Assembly (NCBI GenBank): GCA_964016885.1
Contig: OZ024741.1
Span: 356,500,001-356,564,000 of the forward strand
Length of the DNA stretch: 64,000 nt
Source: Eledone cirrhosa
Lineage: Eukaryota
Reading direction: 5' to 3'
In this document: piece by piece, positions 1 through 13,010 of the stretch
Position numbering within the stretch: the first letter of the stretch is position 1
Layout of the letters: every line of letters starts with the position of its first letter
The notes under the pieces: model-generated
Seen by the model: only the letters and a program-made list of their open reading frames with translations
The model's database searches: none
Told to the model about the DNA's origin: nothing
Translations under genes and position numbers: made by a program

Positions 1-353
1 CATACAGTGTATTGCAAAATACACTATATATACAATATATATATAAATATATATATGAACATACATATATATATATATATATATAGTTTATTTTAAAGTT
101 CATAGACAGAACATGTATACAGAACTTTAGATTTTGGGGACCAGTAATGGTTAGCACTATATAGTGGAGTAGCAGTTCTAAAATCAGCCTATACAGTGGT
201 TGCTATAACTGGACCTTGAAACATAAGGTTGCACATATATGTTAAGTGTATGAACTTTAATATAAACTAAATAAGCTCTTTTGTACTAGATTGAGTATTT
301 GTTTCCTTTACGGATATCCTGCATATACATATATACACACACATGTGTGTGTA

Positions 354-435
<82 letters not shown>

Positions 436-591
436 GAGAGAGAGATATATTAGGAGTTACCAATTTAGATTCAGAAGACCATTGTTCAGCTTAGTACTTG
501 ATACTTAAGAGAGTAGAGTGTAGGTATTGAAAGGAGTTACTGCCAGATGGCTGAGCTCATATATATATACACACACACACACATATGCACG

Positions 592-627
<36 letters not shown>

Positions 628-719
628 TATATATGCATAAAATGATGCTAATGAGGATGATGATGTATATATATATAGATACATATATATAATATAATTA
701 CTCCCATACATATCCCATG

Positions 720-1050
720 AAGACAAGCGGAAGTATACATCCAGTGAAGCCTCCAGCTCACACCGTAAAGTGGTCATGATGGTGACACAACAAAAAGCGT
801 CCAGCCCACACTGTAAAGTGGCCGTGATGGCAACATGGCAAAAAGGCACCCAGCCCACACTGTAAAGTGGTTGTGTAGGTGTACCAACAAAAAGGTGCCC
901 AGCCCACACATGAAGGTGTCATGACAAAAAGCACCCTGTACTCACTGTATATGAGGTTGGCACCAGGAAGAGCATCCAGCTGTAGAAACCAAGCCAAAAT
1001 TGGTTCATTATGAGCAAGACATGGTCACTTGACCTGACATTGCTCACAAT
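720..1050 (+). mobile_element. Non-autonomous retroposon / RTE 3'-UTR-like module with ~43-bp internal repeats
   Basis: Repeated CCCAGCCCACACTGTAAAGTGG units and the GCATCCAGCTGTAGAAA motif shared with 12415-12708, 41185-41531 and 62083-62452. Confidence 0.7.
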
Positions 1051-1239
1051 GCTCTTTATTGAGATTGAGTATTCTCTTGTCTATGCTATTTTCTGGAACT
1101 GCTAAGAGTACATAGTACTCTCAAATGTATGCATCGGCTGATTAGCTTCATTTGCATTCCGAGCGATTTTCATGTCACTCAAGTGAGGTGGCAGGGGTGG
1201 GAGTCTTCTGTAATATGACATATCATCAATTTACTTGAT

Positions 1240-1580
1240 CTTGTCTCATCTGTTTTGGAAAGTTTAGCTTTCTGAGATCCATATCATCCCAAGTTTTCCT
1301 GGGCCTACCTCTTTGACAGTTTCCATCAACTTTGAGTGCCCTGCACTTTTTTATGCAACTGTCATCCTTCATATGCATCACTGTTGAAACCAGTGCAGTC
1401 TTCTCTCTTGTATATTGTATCTAATCTCTCTTATGCTCAGCTTTTCTTTTAGTTCATTGATACTTTGTTTCTCATGCACACTAACATTTCACATCCATTG
1501 GAGTATGCTTGCCTCATTTCTTTCCAGTCTTTGCAGATCCTCTACATTCAAAGTCTGCGTCTCGCTTCCATGCAGCATTG
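1240..1580 (-). mobile_element. Degenerate RTE-like LINE ORF 3' fragment
   Basis: Minus strand encodes MLHGSET...ERNEASILQWM-like residues, homologous to 37780-38217. Confidence 0.75.
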
Positions 1581-2879
1581 GATAATGTGTTGCCTATAAA
1601 AGTCAGCATAACATTTTGCTCATGACTAATTTGAACTCACATCAATGAATTAAATTGTATGTGATACATACTGTCTCCATTGCTGACATCAGCAGCAGCA
1701 GTGAACACATGCATAGAAATTTGCATGCCTAGCATCTATAATACTGCCAGGCACTTTGCTAAATGGACAACACAATAGGCAGACAAAAACAACACTTGTT
1801 TTCTATGGGGAGTTGGAAGTGAAGAGTGACAGTCGCCTGGTGGAGGCCCTAGGCATTGACGAGGATAGTCTAAACAGCCTCTTCTGGAGGAATTTCTGGT
1901 GAGGGATTAAGGACAATTTCAAAAAATCCTTGGCATAACAGTGCTACAGAGGGGTTCTACCTGTACAAGACAAGCTCTACAGGCACAGAATAGCCAACAG
2001 CTGGACCTGTCTGAGATGCATGGCAACAAAACCATCCTATATACTATTGCCACGTGAACTTGCATTGCAGACATGTGGGCTTATGTCAAACAATTGCTAT
2101 CACATGTAGGACTGATCTGAAGTATATTATTATTATTATTGTGGATTGGCTGTATCAGTAGTGCATTGGATATTTGTTCTGGATCTCTGTGTTCTGAGTT
2201 CAGATCTCACCAAGGTCCAGTTTACCTTTCAGCCTTTTGAGGTTGATAAAGAAAGTACCAGCTTTCTCTATCAGCTGTCACATCTGGATGTTTCAGTGGA
2301 TCAAGGAAGGCAGGGTTCAAAGGGTGTCTGTGTCTATTCATGGTAGCATAGGTACCTAAGCAGAGTACATTCTACCAAGTCATACTCAATTTTGAGTGAT
2401 GGCTGTTCTTTTTTCTTTTTATTAGATTACATGAATGGTTACCAGATATCCAAGAAGTTACTGGTTTATATCCTGTCACAGACACCATATAGCATTGATA
2501 GCTTTATGGCAACTTAACCCTTAAATTATTCTGTCCACCCAGCTGAAGATAATACCATAGGTGAAGACAAACTCATCACTATAAGCAGCAGAAGTAACAC
2601 AAACAACACTGTAAAATAATGATAAATTGTGTTGTCAAATAATAGTGCTGAGTTCCCCAACTAATAGTGCTGAGTTCTTCCAGCGCGCCTCCCTCACCAT
2701 CCTCCGGGAAAACGCCTTCTCTATTCTGTCCATTGGGGCCAGTGCATGAGTCCCTATTTGCTCCTAATAGTGAGAGATGGGGAGAGTGGGAGAGACAGAG
2801 GCAGTGATAGGGGAGTTTGTTTCCTTTCTGTTCAGATTTGGTATATATGTATACATTTCACTGACACACACTCACACAT

Positions 2880-2937
<58 letters not shown>

Positions 2938-3448
2938 AGATTGATCCTACTAAGCTGACTTGTAAAGGAAGTCTTCCATACCATTGTAAAATTCTAATTG
3001 GTTACAGGAGTTAAGTTATATATTTGGGCATGGTTCACAGTGATGGAGTCCTAGGTTTGATTCTACTGCATGTCATTTTAGGTAAGTGATTTACTATAGC
3101 CATGGGTTGACTGAAGCCTTCTCAGTGACATTGGGCTGATTCGGCCTGAGAATTATGTTAAGGGTACACATGTTTGTGGAATACTCAGCCACTTATATGT
3201 TAATTCATGAATTGAACATTCAATTGTTTGGACTACTGAATGCTTATCATTGAAACAAATGGAGGATCCACCATATATTTTGTATGTATGTGGGTTTTTT
3301 TTCTGTTTCTTGTCTATGGTAGACAAAGAATTAACAGAAGCATTGTAGTATCAGATAAAATGTTTTGCTGTATATATTCAAGCTCATTGCATTCTGAGTG
3401 CAAATCCTGCTGAGGTAATCATGGTGTTCATCATTTTGTGGTTTTTAA

Positions 3449-3865
3449 CCCTTTTCCTATCAAAACACCTTAACCCTTCAGCATTTAAACCGACTGTATT
3501 CAACCAGATTTTCCCCCCTCTTCAAACTGGCTGTAACCGGCCACTCATACTGATGTTAAGGTGTTGTTCTCAAAATAAATAATATCAAAATCTCATAGAT
3601 TCGATATTGTGTGAGATAATTATGTGTGATAAAGCCTTTACCATAAAAATACAATAGTAAATATAGTGCTGCAAATGCTAAAGGGTTAAATCACCCTTAC
3701 TTTCTATGGTAATTTTACATAAGAATCTTTGTTAAGTTATATTCCAAACATCAACTTGATTATCATACTGCTAGCAATGTTTCTAAGTCCATCCAAATTT
3801 TTGATTATTTATTATGTGAAAATCATAGGCAGTGTCTTTCATTAGAAATATAGTAACAAAAGAGT
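3449..3865. mobile_element. TTAA-flanked MITE (family A) with a nested family B MITE at 3474-3685
   Basis: Outer TTAA-CCCTTT...AAAGAG-TTGA; inner TTAA|CCCTTCAGCATTT...AAATGCTAAAGGG|TTAA. TTAA TSD and CCC termini are piggyBac-like. Confidence 0.7.
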
Positions 3866-4359
3866 TGAAGCATTTATGTTTATCTAAAAACCTTCCCTCA
3901 TAATTCTATCTATGATATTTTGTTAATTTATGTTCCAAAATCCAACTTGATGAGCCTGATGAGATGCCTTGTGTTATTTGTTACAGTCCTTTGTATTTTG
4001 GTGGTGATGTTGATAATGATGTTGATGTTGATGATGGTGATGATGATGATGATGATAATGGTGTGGTGCTTGTCATGATGATTATGATGGTGGTGGTGGT
4101 GATGATGATGTGTCAGTTACTTTTTGTATGATCTAATAAGAGTTTCTAATACAGTCATAAATATTGAGGATGTTTATGTAAAGAGAAGTGGTGACTTTCA
4201 TCCCTTTCTCTCCACAGCACTACTTATATAAGGGAAGTAGTTTCAGCTGGGAATTAAAATAGGGTTGTTAATGTGGGTGCTGGTGTAATTTGGTATGGAT
4301 AAATTAATTGCTAATGACATTTGATAGCTTTAAGAGCTTAATTTATTAATAGGCTTATA

Positions 4360-4760
4360 CATGTACATATACACAATTACATGTACATACACATATTTGC
4401 ATACATACAATCACATACACACAATCACATACACAATTACATACACAATTACATACACAATTACTTACACATAATCACACAATGCATACACACAATTACA
4501 TACACATAATCACACAATGCATACACACAATTACATACACAATTACATATACTCAGTCACATATACACCATCACATACACAGAATCGCACGCACACAATC
4601 ACATACACAATTACATACACATGTTCACATACATGCAATCATATACACACAGTCACATGCAAATAGTCACATACACACAATTACATACACACAATCACAT
4701 ATACACTATCACATACTCTTATTCACAAAACTACACCAATAGACACAAATGCATCACAAC
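4360..4760. repeat. Degenerate ~12-bp ACACAATYACAT minisatellite
   Basis: Visible tandem periodicity. Confidence 0.85.
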
Positions 4761-5067
4761 TATACCAATCATAATACAATTCTTACACATGCACCTTATT
4801 TACATACATGCATTCATGCATGCAAATATGCACCATTTATATCCTAGCTTACATTCACTATCTATACCACATCATATATACACATTCACTTTATTTATTA
4901 TACATACATATATACTCTCATGCATTATTCATACTATGCCATATACATATTCTTTTTGACTGGCTCATACAAATACACACACTTTCATACAAGTAAACAC
5001 AAAAACACAGACATAAACACTTAATTGAAGAGAATTATTGCAATTCTAATTGCCATGGATTGTTATT

Positions 5068-5450
5068 TATCATCATCATCCTCATCATCGTCTTTTTGTA
5101 TCTGTTTTTCCATTGTTGCATGGATTGGACTGGTTTTTTCCAGCACATCTTCCCTCCACCTACTGTTTTCCTTTGTCATCTTCTCTGTCAGGTCCAGCGC
5201 TTTGAGATTCATTCTCACCACTGTTACCCACTACTTCCTTGGCCTTCCTTTAAAGTAGCTTTCTTCCACTGGAAACGCCTGGTACTTCTTCACTCAACAA
5301 TCATCATTCATATGCATCACATATTCATATCAGTGTAGTCTTCTCTCTTGCACACTACATTTGATTCCTCTTATACCCAGTTTCTCTCTTAGTTCCTCCA
5401 TGCTTTGCAGTTCATTTCATGCTCATTTATTTATTTCCAGTCTCCAATTC
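5068..5450 (-). mobile_element. Degenerate RTE-like LINE 3' end with (CAT)n tail
   Basis: (CAT)n at 5068-5090 followed by sequence homologous to the reverse complement of 44900-45200. Confidence 0.7.
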
Positions 5451-6359
5451 ATTGTTGATAAATTAAATGTCAACTTTTGGCATTAGGAAGGGCATTTAGC
5501 CATAGAAACCAAGCTAAAATAAGCCCTGCGGGAGCGAAACATGGTTCTCTGACCAGATCTCTTACAAAGGGACAGCCCGTCCTACCCATGCTAGCATGGA
5601 AAATAGACGTTAAATGATGATGATCTTTTGTATTTATTATCCTATTTTGTTGATCCATGTACCATGTTATGGGCTGGTGTATGTCATGTTTGTTTAGTTT
5701 ACTTTGTTGCTTCATCCTCTCTTTGAAAAAAGTGGAAAAAGATATTCATTCAACAAACTTTAATTAAATTATATAATGTTTGCAATAGAAAAATACAAAT
5801 GAAGAGAAAAAAATTAAATAGTGAAAGTAAAGGAAAAATGGGAAAGGAGCAGCAGAAACTACACCTCAGTCTAGACGGTATACCTTCAGTTATGCATTGT
5901 GGACAAAATGGCAAAGGCATTGCCAGAGAACAGCCAGCAACACCTGCTGCATCAGCTACTCCACTTCATGGGGCTCCTTTACAGAAGAAAATGGCAGTTC
6001 AGGGACTGGGGACAACAGAGATCTCAAAGGCATCTAGCATGAAAAGGAAGCAATCAGTCCAGTCCTTCTATCTCATCTTTCCTCTCATCCACATTACAGA
6101 TTATCCCAAATATTTTGTTTTCCCAATATAGAATTTTTTAATTCATATATCTGAAAGTTCCAGTTGTACTTGTTCTTCTGAGGCCAAAAGGAATTTACCA
6201 CATTCTTTGGATATAACAGAGTTATGCAATTTTATTCTCTTTCTCATGACTGAGACCATGAAGCAATCAAACCTTTAATCTTGTTTTCAATCTTGCTATC
6301 TGTCATTTCTGTATTATGACATGTTTTTGTTTTCACATGATATCTATTTGCATTTGTTT

Positions 6360-6570
6360 GTGGCCTAGTGGTTAGAGTGTTGGGCTTACAATTGTAAGGT
6401 CATGGGTTTGATTCCCAGACCATGTGCTTCAGTTCACTCAACTGAAAATGTGTACCAGTAGCAGTAGTTGAGGATTAACCTTGTGATGGACTATACTCTC
6501 AGTCACTTAATGTCATTGAAATTGAGATAAACTATTCCCTGTGGGCCTCTGGGCTCAAGAATGTCTTTAG
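6360..6570 (+). mobile_element. tRNA-derived SINE (related copy at ~39590-39830)
   Basis: A box TGGCCTAGTGG, B-box-like GGTTTGATTCC, core TTAACCTTGTGATGGACTA shared with 39748-39767. Confidence 0.7.
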
Positions 6571-6583
6571 CTTAGCATAATAA

Positions 6584-6810
6584 TTAACTTTTAATATCAT
6601 GTAATGAGTTATCAGAAAGTATTTAGAAATGAGTTTGTTAATTCAAATGTGTATAGTATCTTTACTATTGGACAGATATTTTGTAAAAAAATTGGCAGTA
6701 TTAGTGTAAATACTTTCATTTTTAATGTAATGAGGCCATAGTGCTGTTTTGTACTTTTCAAGAGTGCCTTGCTGATGCAGTTTCATGTGGTACAGGATTT
6801 TAAGTGTTAA
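6584..6810. mobile_element. TTAA-bounded interspersed repeat (MITE family C); copies at 17454-17681 and inverted at 56988-57185
   Basis: Three diverged homologous copies, each bounded by TTAAC...GTTAA. Confidence 0.55.
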
Positions 6811-7480
6811 AATCTAGAGTTTTTAGACTTTGACACTGTTTAAACAAAAGAGGTTTTGTTTTTATTTTTGGATGTGCCATTAGAAAGTCTGAAAGCAAAT
6901 GGCAAAATATTTATGTTTGTGTTGTTATTGTTACTGACTGTTAAAATTATTTTTGTTTTTGTTACAGTTATTTTTGTTTTCAAACTTTCATAGAATGATG
7001 GTTATTTCTTCTTTTGGTTTTTGTGTTGTTTATATTTACCAGTATTTTGTTTTTGGTTTGTTTCTTTTTCACATTTCTTTGTTTCTTTTTAAAAAAAATG
7101 GTGGCTGTTCAAATGAATCCTGAGTGAATTCAAAGAGAGTGGAATTATTTAAAACACAATTGTTTTTTTTTACATTAAAAAATAAATGACAAAAACCATA
7201 CAAATTACAATCTCTGAAGTTATGCTCCATTCATTAGCTTGATTATTTTCAAAATTATTTGAAAATTATAGGTGGTATCTTTCATTAGAAATATGGTAAT
7301 GAAAAAGAAACCAAAAATATAATATGAAGAAAATTAAAACAATTGTAGAAAGAGCTGAATGTGGGTAGTTTTGTGTGTTAGAATAACTGAGAATATCATA
7401 TTGGTTGTATTATGGATAGATACAGAAGAAATATACTGATATTTTGAGTCACTTGGTAGGGATACAATATTCATGCAGAA

Positions 7481-7790
7481 ATCATCATCATTTTATGTCC
7501 GCTTTTCCAGGCTTGCATGCGTTGGACGGATCCTTTCCATCAAAGCTTCCTTTTACTCATACCCAGGTTTTCCTTTGTCTATCTCTAGTGCAACTTCTTT
7601 CTACTTGGAATTACTGACAATTTTTCACCCAGCATTCATCATCCACATGCATCACATATCCATACCAGTGCAGTCTTCTCTCTTGTACACTACATCGGAT
7701 TCCTCTTATATCCAACTTTTCTCTCTGTTCATCCATGCCGCGACATTCATGCACACTAACAGTTCACACCCAATTCTCTCCAGACTTCAT
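7481..7790 (-). mobile_element. Degenerate RTE-like LINE 3' end
   Basis: (CAT)n tail, 3' hairpin motif and RRLHWYG-like codons on the minus strand. Confidence 0.7.
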
Positions 7791-10195
7791 ATAAAAATAA
7801 GTTGTGTATAAAATACAGAGTATAGTGGTGAAATTAGAGCAGTTGTAGGACTCAGTCTGGTGGAACTGCTTTTGTATTGAATGAAATGCTTTGTTGTAAA
7901 TGTTTTGGCTCTTTGTGTTCTGAGTTCAAATGCCATTGAGGCCAAATTTGCCTTTCATCCTTGTGGGTTTGATAAAATTACCAGTCAAATATTGAGATCA
8001 AATTCTTCCCACTTGTGCCTAAATCCATTGATTAATAAAGAAAAAAAAAATTTTAGAAACTAGTGAATGTCTGCTTCAAGTCAGAGAAGTTCATAAAAAT
8101 TGGAAGAGAACGTTATCAAACTATTTTCAAATGATATAAAAAATAACCATGATTGGAAGGGATCTAGTAATATAACTAACTTTCGCGTTATTTACGTGGT
8201 GTTTAGTAATAATTTAACTTTGGTTTTTCCCTAAAATTATGAGGGAACTTTTAGATAAATATAATCACTTTGTATCATAAAAGCAGGGCAGTTTTAAGTG
8301 GCTTAGTACCAAAAGAGTTAAATTAGCCAAGATTGTCTCTATAAGCAAAGGAGACAGTGGTTCTTGTGATGCTATGGAGGCTGTGGGGTTTTGGTTGGAA
8401 GAAGTTTTTATCTCAAAATTTGTGATTTAGCTTTGATAAGGTTTTAAAATCCTTTTTTTGATTTCTAAAAAAATGTAATTAATAATCTTGTTTACTAAAA
8501 GCTTGCTTGATATAACACTGGTGAGTTATATTGTTAATACCATACTGCTTGAAACCACATCTGGTTCAATGATATAGAACTGTTTATGTCAATGCATTAA
8601 TTGAAAACCCTACCATTATAATTTTATGTAAAATCCTTTGTTAAATTATACTCTGAACACCAGCATAATTATAAGGATGTTAGTTACATTACTAAGCTAC
8701 TCCAAATCCTTGATTATTTTGTAATTATTTGAAAATCCTAGGCAGGCTCTTTCATTAGAAATATGACAATGAATAGGTGGGGCAATGTAAAATAAAAAAA
8801 GAAATGAAATATCCATTTTGTCATTCATACATAAAAAAGAAAAAAGCATTTCTGTAAAACCTTCCATTTCGATAAAAAGTTTAGAACTATTTCTATTGAA
8901 ACCTAGTTTTTGAATTTCGTATGAACTGGCTAAGGTGGCAAATTGGAAGAGTTGTTAGAATATCAGATAGAATGCTTTATGGTATTTGTTCCGACTCTCT
9001 GCTCACTGAGTTCAAATCCCACCAAGATCAACTTTGCTTTTCATCCTTTCGAGGTTGATGAAAAAGAGTACCAGTCTAGTACTGGAGTCGATTCTTTCTC
9101 TATATCTCTTTCTCATTTCTTCTCTCCCACTTTCTATCTTTCTCTGGAAGAAATCTGCTGTACTCAGGCCTGGAGAGCGATGGGCTCTGTCAGGCTTGAA
9201 ATTCCCAAGAAATGTTGTATGTCAATACGGCGCTCCTACAGCTCTATCAGGAGTTACAGGACCATACTATATCATACCATATATTGTAACATTTGCTTAT
9301 GTTATTTCAGAAAAAATTAAAAAATCTCTGTTGAAAATATGATATTGTGTTGAGCACTGAAAATTTGGCAATGACAGCAGAAATTCTGTTAAAATAATTA
9401 CATGAAATTTGCTTATTTAACTGAACTTAAATCAACATATATGGTTGTTGGTCATCATCATCATAATAATTTTATGTATGCTTTCACATGCTAGCATGGG
9501 TTGAACAGGTTGTTACACTTACATACTATTTTGGCATGGTTTCAACAGGTAGATGCCCTTCATATCACCAACCAATTTATAGAATATATTGGGTGCATTT
9601 TATCATGGCACCAGCACTAGAAAGGTTGTCATGTTCATGCAACCTGGCTGAAGAGCCCTCTCAACCTTTTTGGCATGGTTTCTTCAGCTGGAAGCCCTTG
9701 CTAATACTAACTACTCTACAGAGTATACTGGGTACATTTTATCAAGGGACCAACACTAGGGAGGATGTCATGTCCTTGACATAACTGAAAAGAGCTCTCA
9801 ACCTCATGTAATATTAACACATTTGAAAGTTTCCTTCATTTTTAAAATAATCCAGAATTTACAGGAATATAATAAAGTAACCAAATTTTCATTTTTAGAT
9901 GTTTAGAATATAACTGATAGAACATTTCTGACAAAATGATTTTGGAAGATTTTAAATTAAAATGGGCACTTTTAAAATGATGGGTATTGTATAATAGAAC
10001 CAGAGGTGAACTCAGGCTGGTTGGTATCATTACCATATTTCTAATGATAGCCACTGCATATGATTTTGAAATAATTTTGATAATATCCAAGAATTTGGAA
10101 GGATTTAGTAATATAACTGACTTTCTCGTTATTTATCTGCTGCTTGGAATATAACTTAAAGGTTATTACAGAAAATTATGAGAGAAGGTTTATAT

Positions 10196-10330
10196 CATCA
10201 TCATCATCATCATCATTTCATTTTACGTCCGCTTTTTCCCTGCTTGTAAGGGTGGGACGGGTTTTATTCAGCACAGCATATCTCCACTTGTCACGGTCCC
10301 TCGTCATCTCCACCGTGAGCTTCAATGATC
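10196..10330 (-). mobile_element. Short 3' end of RTE-like LINE (family 2)
   Basis: Encodes RSLKLTVEMTRDRDKWRYAVLNKTRPT, matching 44650-45180; (CAT)n tail. Confidence 0.9.
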
Positions 10331-10782
10331 TTTTTTGAACACACACAAAAACAAGATGGCGTAGGACAGAACAAAGGAGAGGCACAAAACAAAGAAAAGA
10401 ATCCCCAGTCACTGAAGAGGTCACAGAATGTGTGACGAAAGAACTTTGACAATATATGAACAACCGTCTGGTTGTGGAGCCAACCAACCAACTGGAAATT
10501 TATAAATTTCTTTGAAAAAATAAAAAATAAATTTTTTTTTTAAATTTTTAAATTTATAATAAATTGGAGTGAAAGCAACTGGTGCGTGTGTTTCTTATTG
10601 GCAACATGACCCTCCCAAAGTATAACAATATTGGTTTCAACACACATCTTCAGATAAAGAATCTTGCTAAACAAATTCAGAAACGAAATATATATATATA
10701 TATATATATATAATGTATATATAGCTTTAATATAGATGAGATTCTACAGGACTAGAACTGTTTCATTCTTTAGAAATCATCA

Positions 10783-10835
10783 GAGATTCCTGATGATTTC
10801 TAAAGAATGAAACAGTTCTAGTTCTGTAGAATCTC
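10783..10835 (+). ncRNA. Type I hammerhead ribozyme motif within a 122-bp palindrome (10726-10847); Penelope-like terminus
   Basis: Stem I GAGATTC/GAATCTC, core CTGATGA, stem II TTC-TAAA-GAA, GAAA, stem III CAG/CTG, cleavage triplet GTA. Confidence 0.8.
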
Positions 10836-10983
10836 ATCTATATTAAAACTTTTATACTCTCCTATGTATTGAGTACCTTACTTACTGTGATTACCTCCGA
10901 TTCAACCCGGAATAACGTATATATATATATATACATATATATACATATATATATACATATATATAAATATACACACACACACT

Positions 10984-11070
10984 CAGGGTGTCCCCCAAAA
11001 ATGTATACACACTTTGATTACCTGTATAGCCAAAAGTGTATAAATTTTTTTTTGGGGGGGGGGGGGGTGC
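10984..11070. mobile_element. Degenerate Tc1/mariner-like MITE
   Basis: CAGGGTGTCCCCCAAAAATGTATACACACTTT with imperfect inverted copy AAAGTGTATAAATTTTTTTTGGGG. Confidence 0.5.
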
Positions 11071-12027
11071 ACTTGAAAATAAATACCTCAGTATCATAGA
11101 ATCAGGGGCACTTTCATACAGTTTGGTATCAAAAGGGTTAAATTTAGAAATTAGAAGATAGTTCATATCAAAATACATTGATTGATCATAAAATATAGAT
11201 GTCCTTGAACACTGATAGCTTCCAAATATTGATTTATTGCTTGCAGTAGTTATTTCAGCAGGGAATCATCTGAAATGGTTGAGTAATTAACATTTTCCCA
11301 TCAACAGACTTTTGCTAGCAGTATCTTAAGTATTTGTTTGGTGCTATACATAGCTTCATTCAGTCACATAGAAGATTTCATATATCTTTCTATGTATCTA
11401 TTTGTCTTTAAAGCACCAAACAACACATCAATCTTCACTAAGACTAAGTCTTGTGCTTTACTTCTACTCTCTCTCTCACTCACTCTCTCTCCCCATCTCT
11501 CCCCATCTCTCTCTCTCTCTAACTCAACCCTCCCTCTCTTTCATTCCGTCTTTGTTTTGTTTTTTATTATTTACTTTGCTCCAGATAGGAGAAGTTGTTT
11601 AGTGCTTTGCTCATCAAATAGCGTCACTAGAGTGTCAGATTAAGTTCCTTTGTATTTGTTCTGACTCTCTACACTCGCCGGTCAAATCCCACCATGGCCA
11701 AAGTTATCTTTCATCCTTTTGGGATTGATAAAAAAGGTACTGGCTGAGGGGCTGGTACTGTTAAGTGCACCAACTACAATACACAATGTGCTTGGCTTCA
11801 AGAAGGGCACCTAGCTGTAGAAGGAAACTCAAAGGCCCCCATGAAACCATGTGATGGTGTATTTGTCCTAGTTTAAACAGAATAAGCAAGCAGCATCACA
11901 AGTAACTAATAACTAATACAAGGATATTCCAGGTATGGACTCTTCCAATCTATTCAGACATGGAAAATCAGCCATAAAACAGCAATGATGAGGATGATAA
12001 TGATGACAATGATATATATATATATAT

Positions 12028-12210
12028 ATCATCATCATCATCATTTTACGTCCGCTTTTCCCTGCTTGCAAGGGTGGGACATATATATATATATATTCAT
12101 CATCATCATTTTACGTCCGCTTTTCCCTGCTTGCAAGGGTGGGACATATATATATATATCATCATCATCATCATTTTACGTCCGCTTTTCCCTGCTTGCA
12201 AGGGTGGGAC
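12028..12210 (-). repeat. Three tandem copies of the terminal ~50 bp of an RTE-type retroposon separated by (TA)n
   Basis: (CAT)nTTTACGTCCGCTTTTCCCTGCTTGCAAGGGTGGGAC occurs three times, identical apart from tail length. Confidence 0.95.
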
Positions 12211-12241
<31 letters not shown>

Positions 12242-12414
12242 TATATGAAAAGATTCAGGATTCCGACGGCTGCGTTCCGGCTGTTTCAACAGTGAGATCC
12301 GAACTTGGAGTCCTGAATCTTTTCATATTACCCACTCTGCTACCACAAGTATCGAGTACTCTGGTGCGTTAAGGTCCACCTGGTATCTTACCACACCCTC
12401 TTTGATATATATAT

Positions 12415-12708
12415 ACCAAACTGTAAAATGGTCGCGATGGCGCCGCAGCAAAAAGCGCCCAACCCACATTGTAAAGTGGTTGTGTAGGCGTCATGACAAA
12501 AAGTAGCCAGTACTTACTGTAAATGAGGTTGGCACTAGGAAGGACATCCAGCTGTAGAAACCAAGCCAGAATCGGTTCTGTATGAGCAAGATATGGTCAC
12601 CTAACCTGGCATTGCTCACAACAGGATAACTCATCTAACACATGCCAGCGTGAAAAAATGGATGTTAAATGGCAACGATGATGATGATGATGATGGTGAT
12701 GATGATAT
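12415..12708 (+). mobile_element. Non-autonomous retroposon with RTE-type hairpin and (GAT)n tail
   Basis: Homologous to 41185-41531; (GAT)n tail; starts next to a TA tract. Confidence 0.8.
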
Positions 12709-12779
12709 ATGATCAGCCAGACAAGATGGAGCAGGTGGAGCAGACATTCTGCTAGTTGAGATGTAGATAGATAAGGTAT

Positions 12780-13010
12780 TTGAAATAGTTAGAGTGAGTA
12801 ACAGAATTATCAAACTTAGAATAGTCATGGGCTGGTAACTTCAACAGATATGTTAGGCAGTTTTAGGATGAGTACACTGGAATACACAATGGCTATGGTT
12901 ATCACATGAGAAATGAAGAGGGAGCAAGCCTCCTAGGATTCTGTGAAGCAAATGAACTAGTTATCTGCAACACTAACTTCAGAAAATTGGCTAGTCACTT
13001 GATCACCTAC
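12780..13010 (+). mobile_element. RTE LINE AP-endonuclease-region relic
   Basis: RNEEGASLLGFCEANELVICNTNFRK..HLITY is typical of the RTE endonuclease C-terminal region. Confidence 0.75.

Noticed and set aside
6590-6810. Duplicated coding exon (with 17470-17680)
   Set aside because: Three dispersed copies in both orientations with TTAA-bounded ends, stops and indels fit a MITE better
10621-10655. Hammerhead on minus strand (CTGAAGA...GAAAC)
   Set aside because: Stem II cannot pair and stem I is only 3 bp; at most a decayed relic
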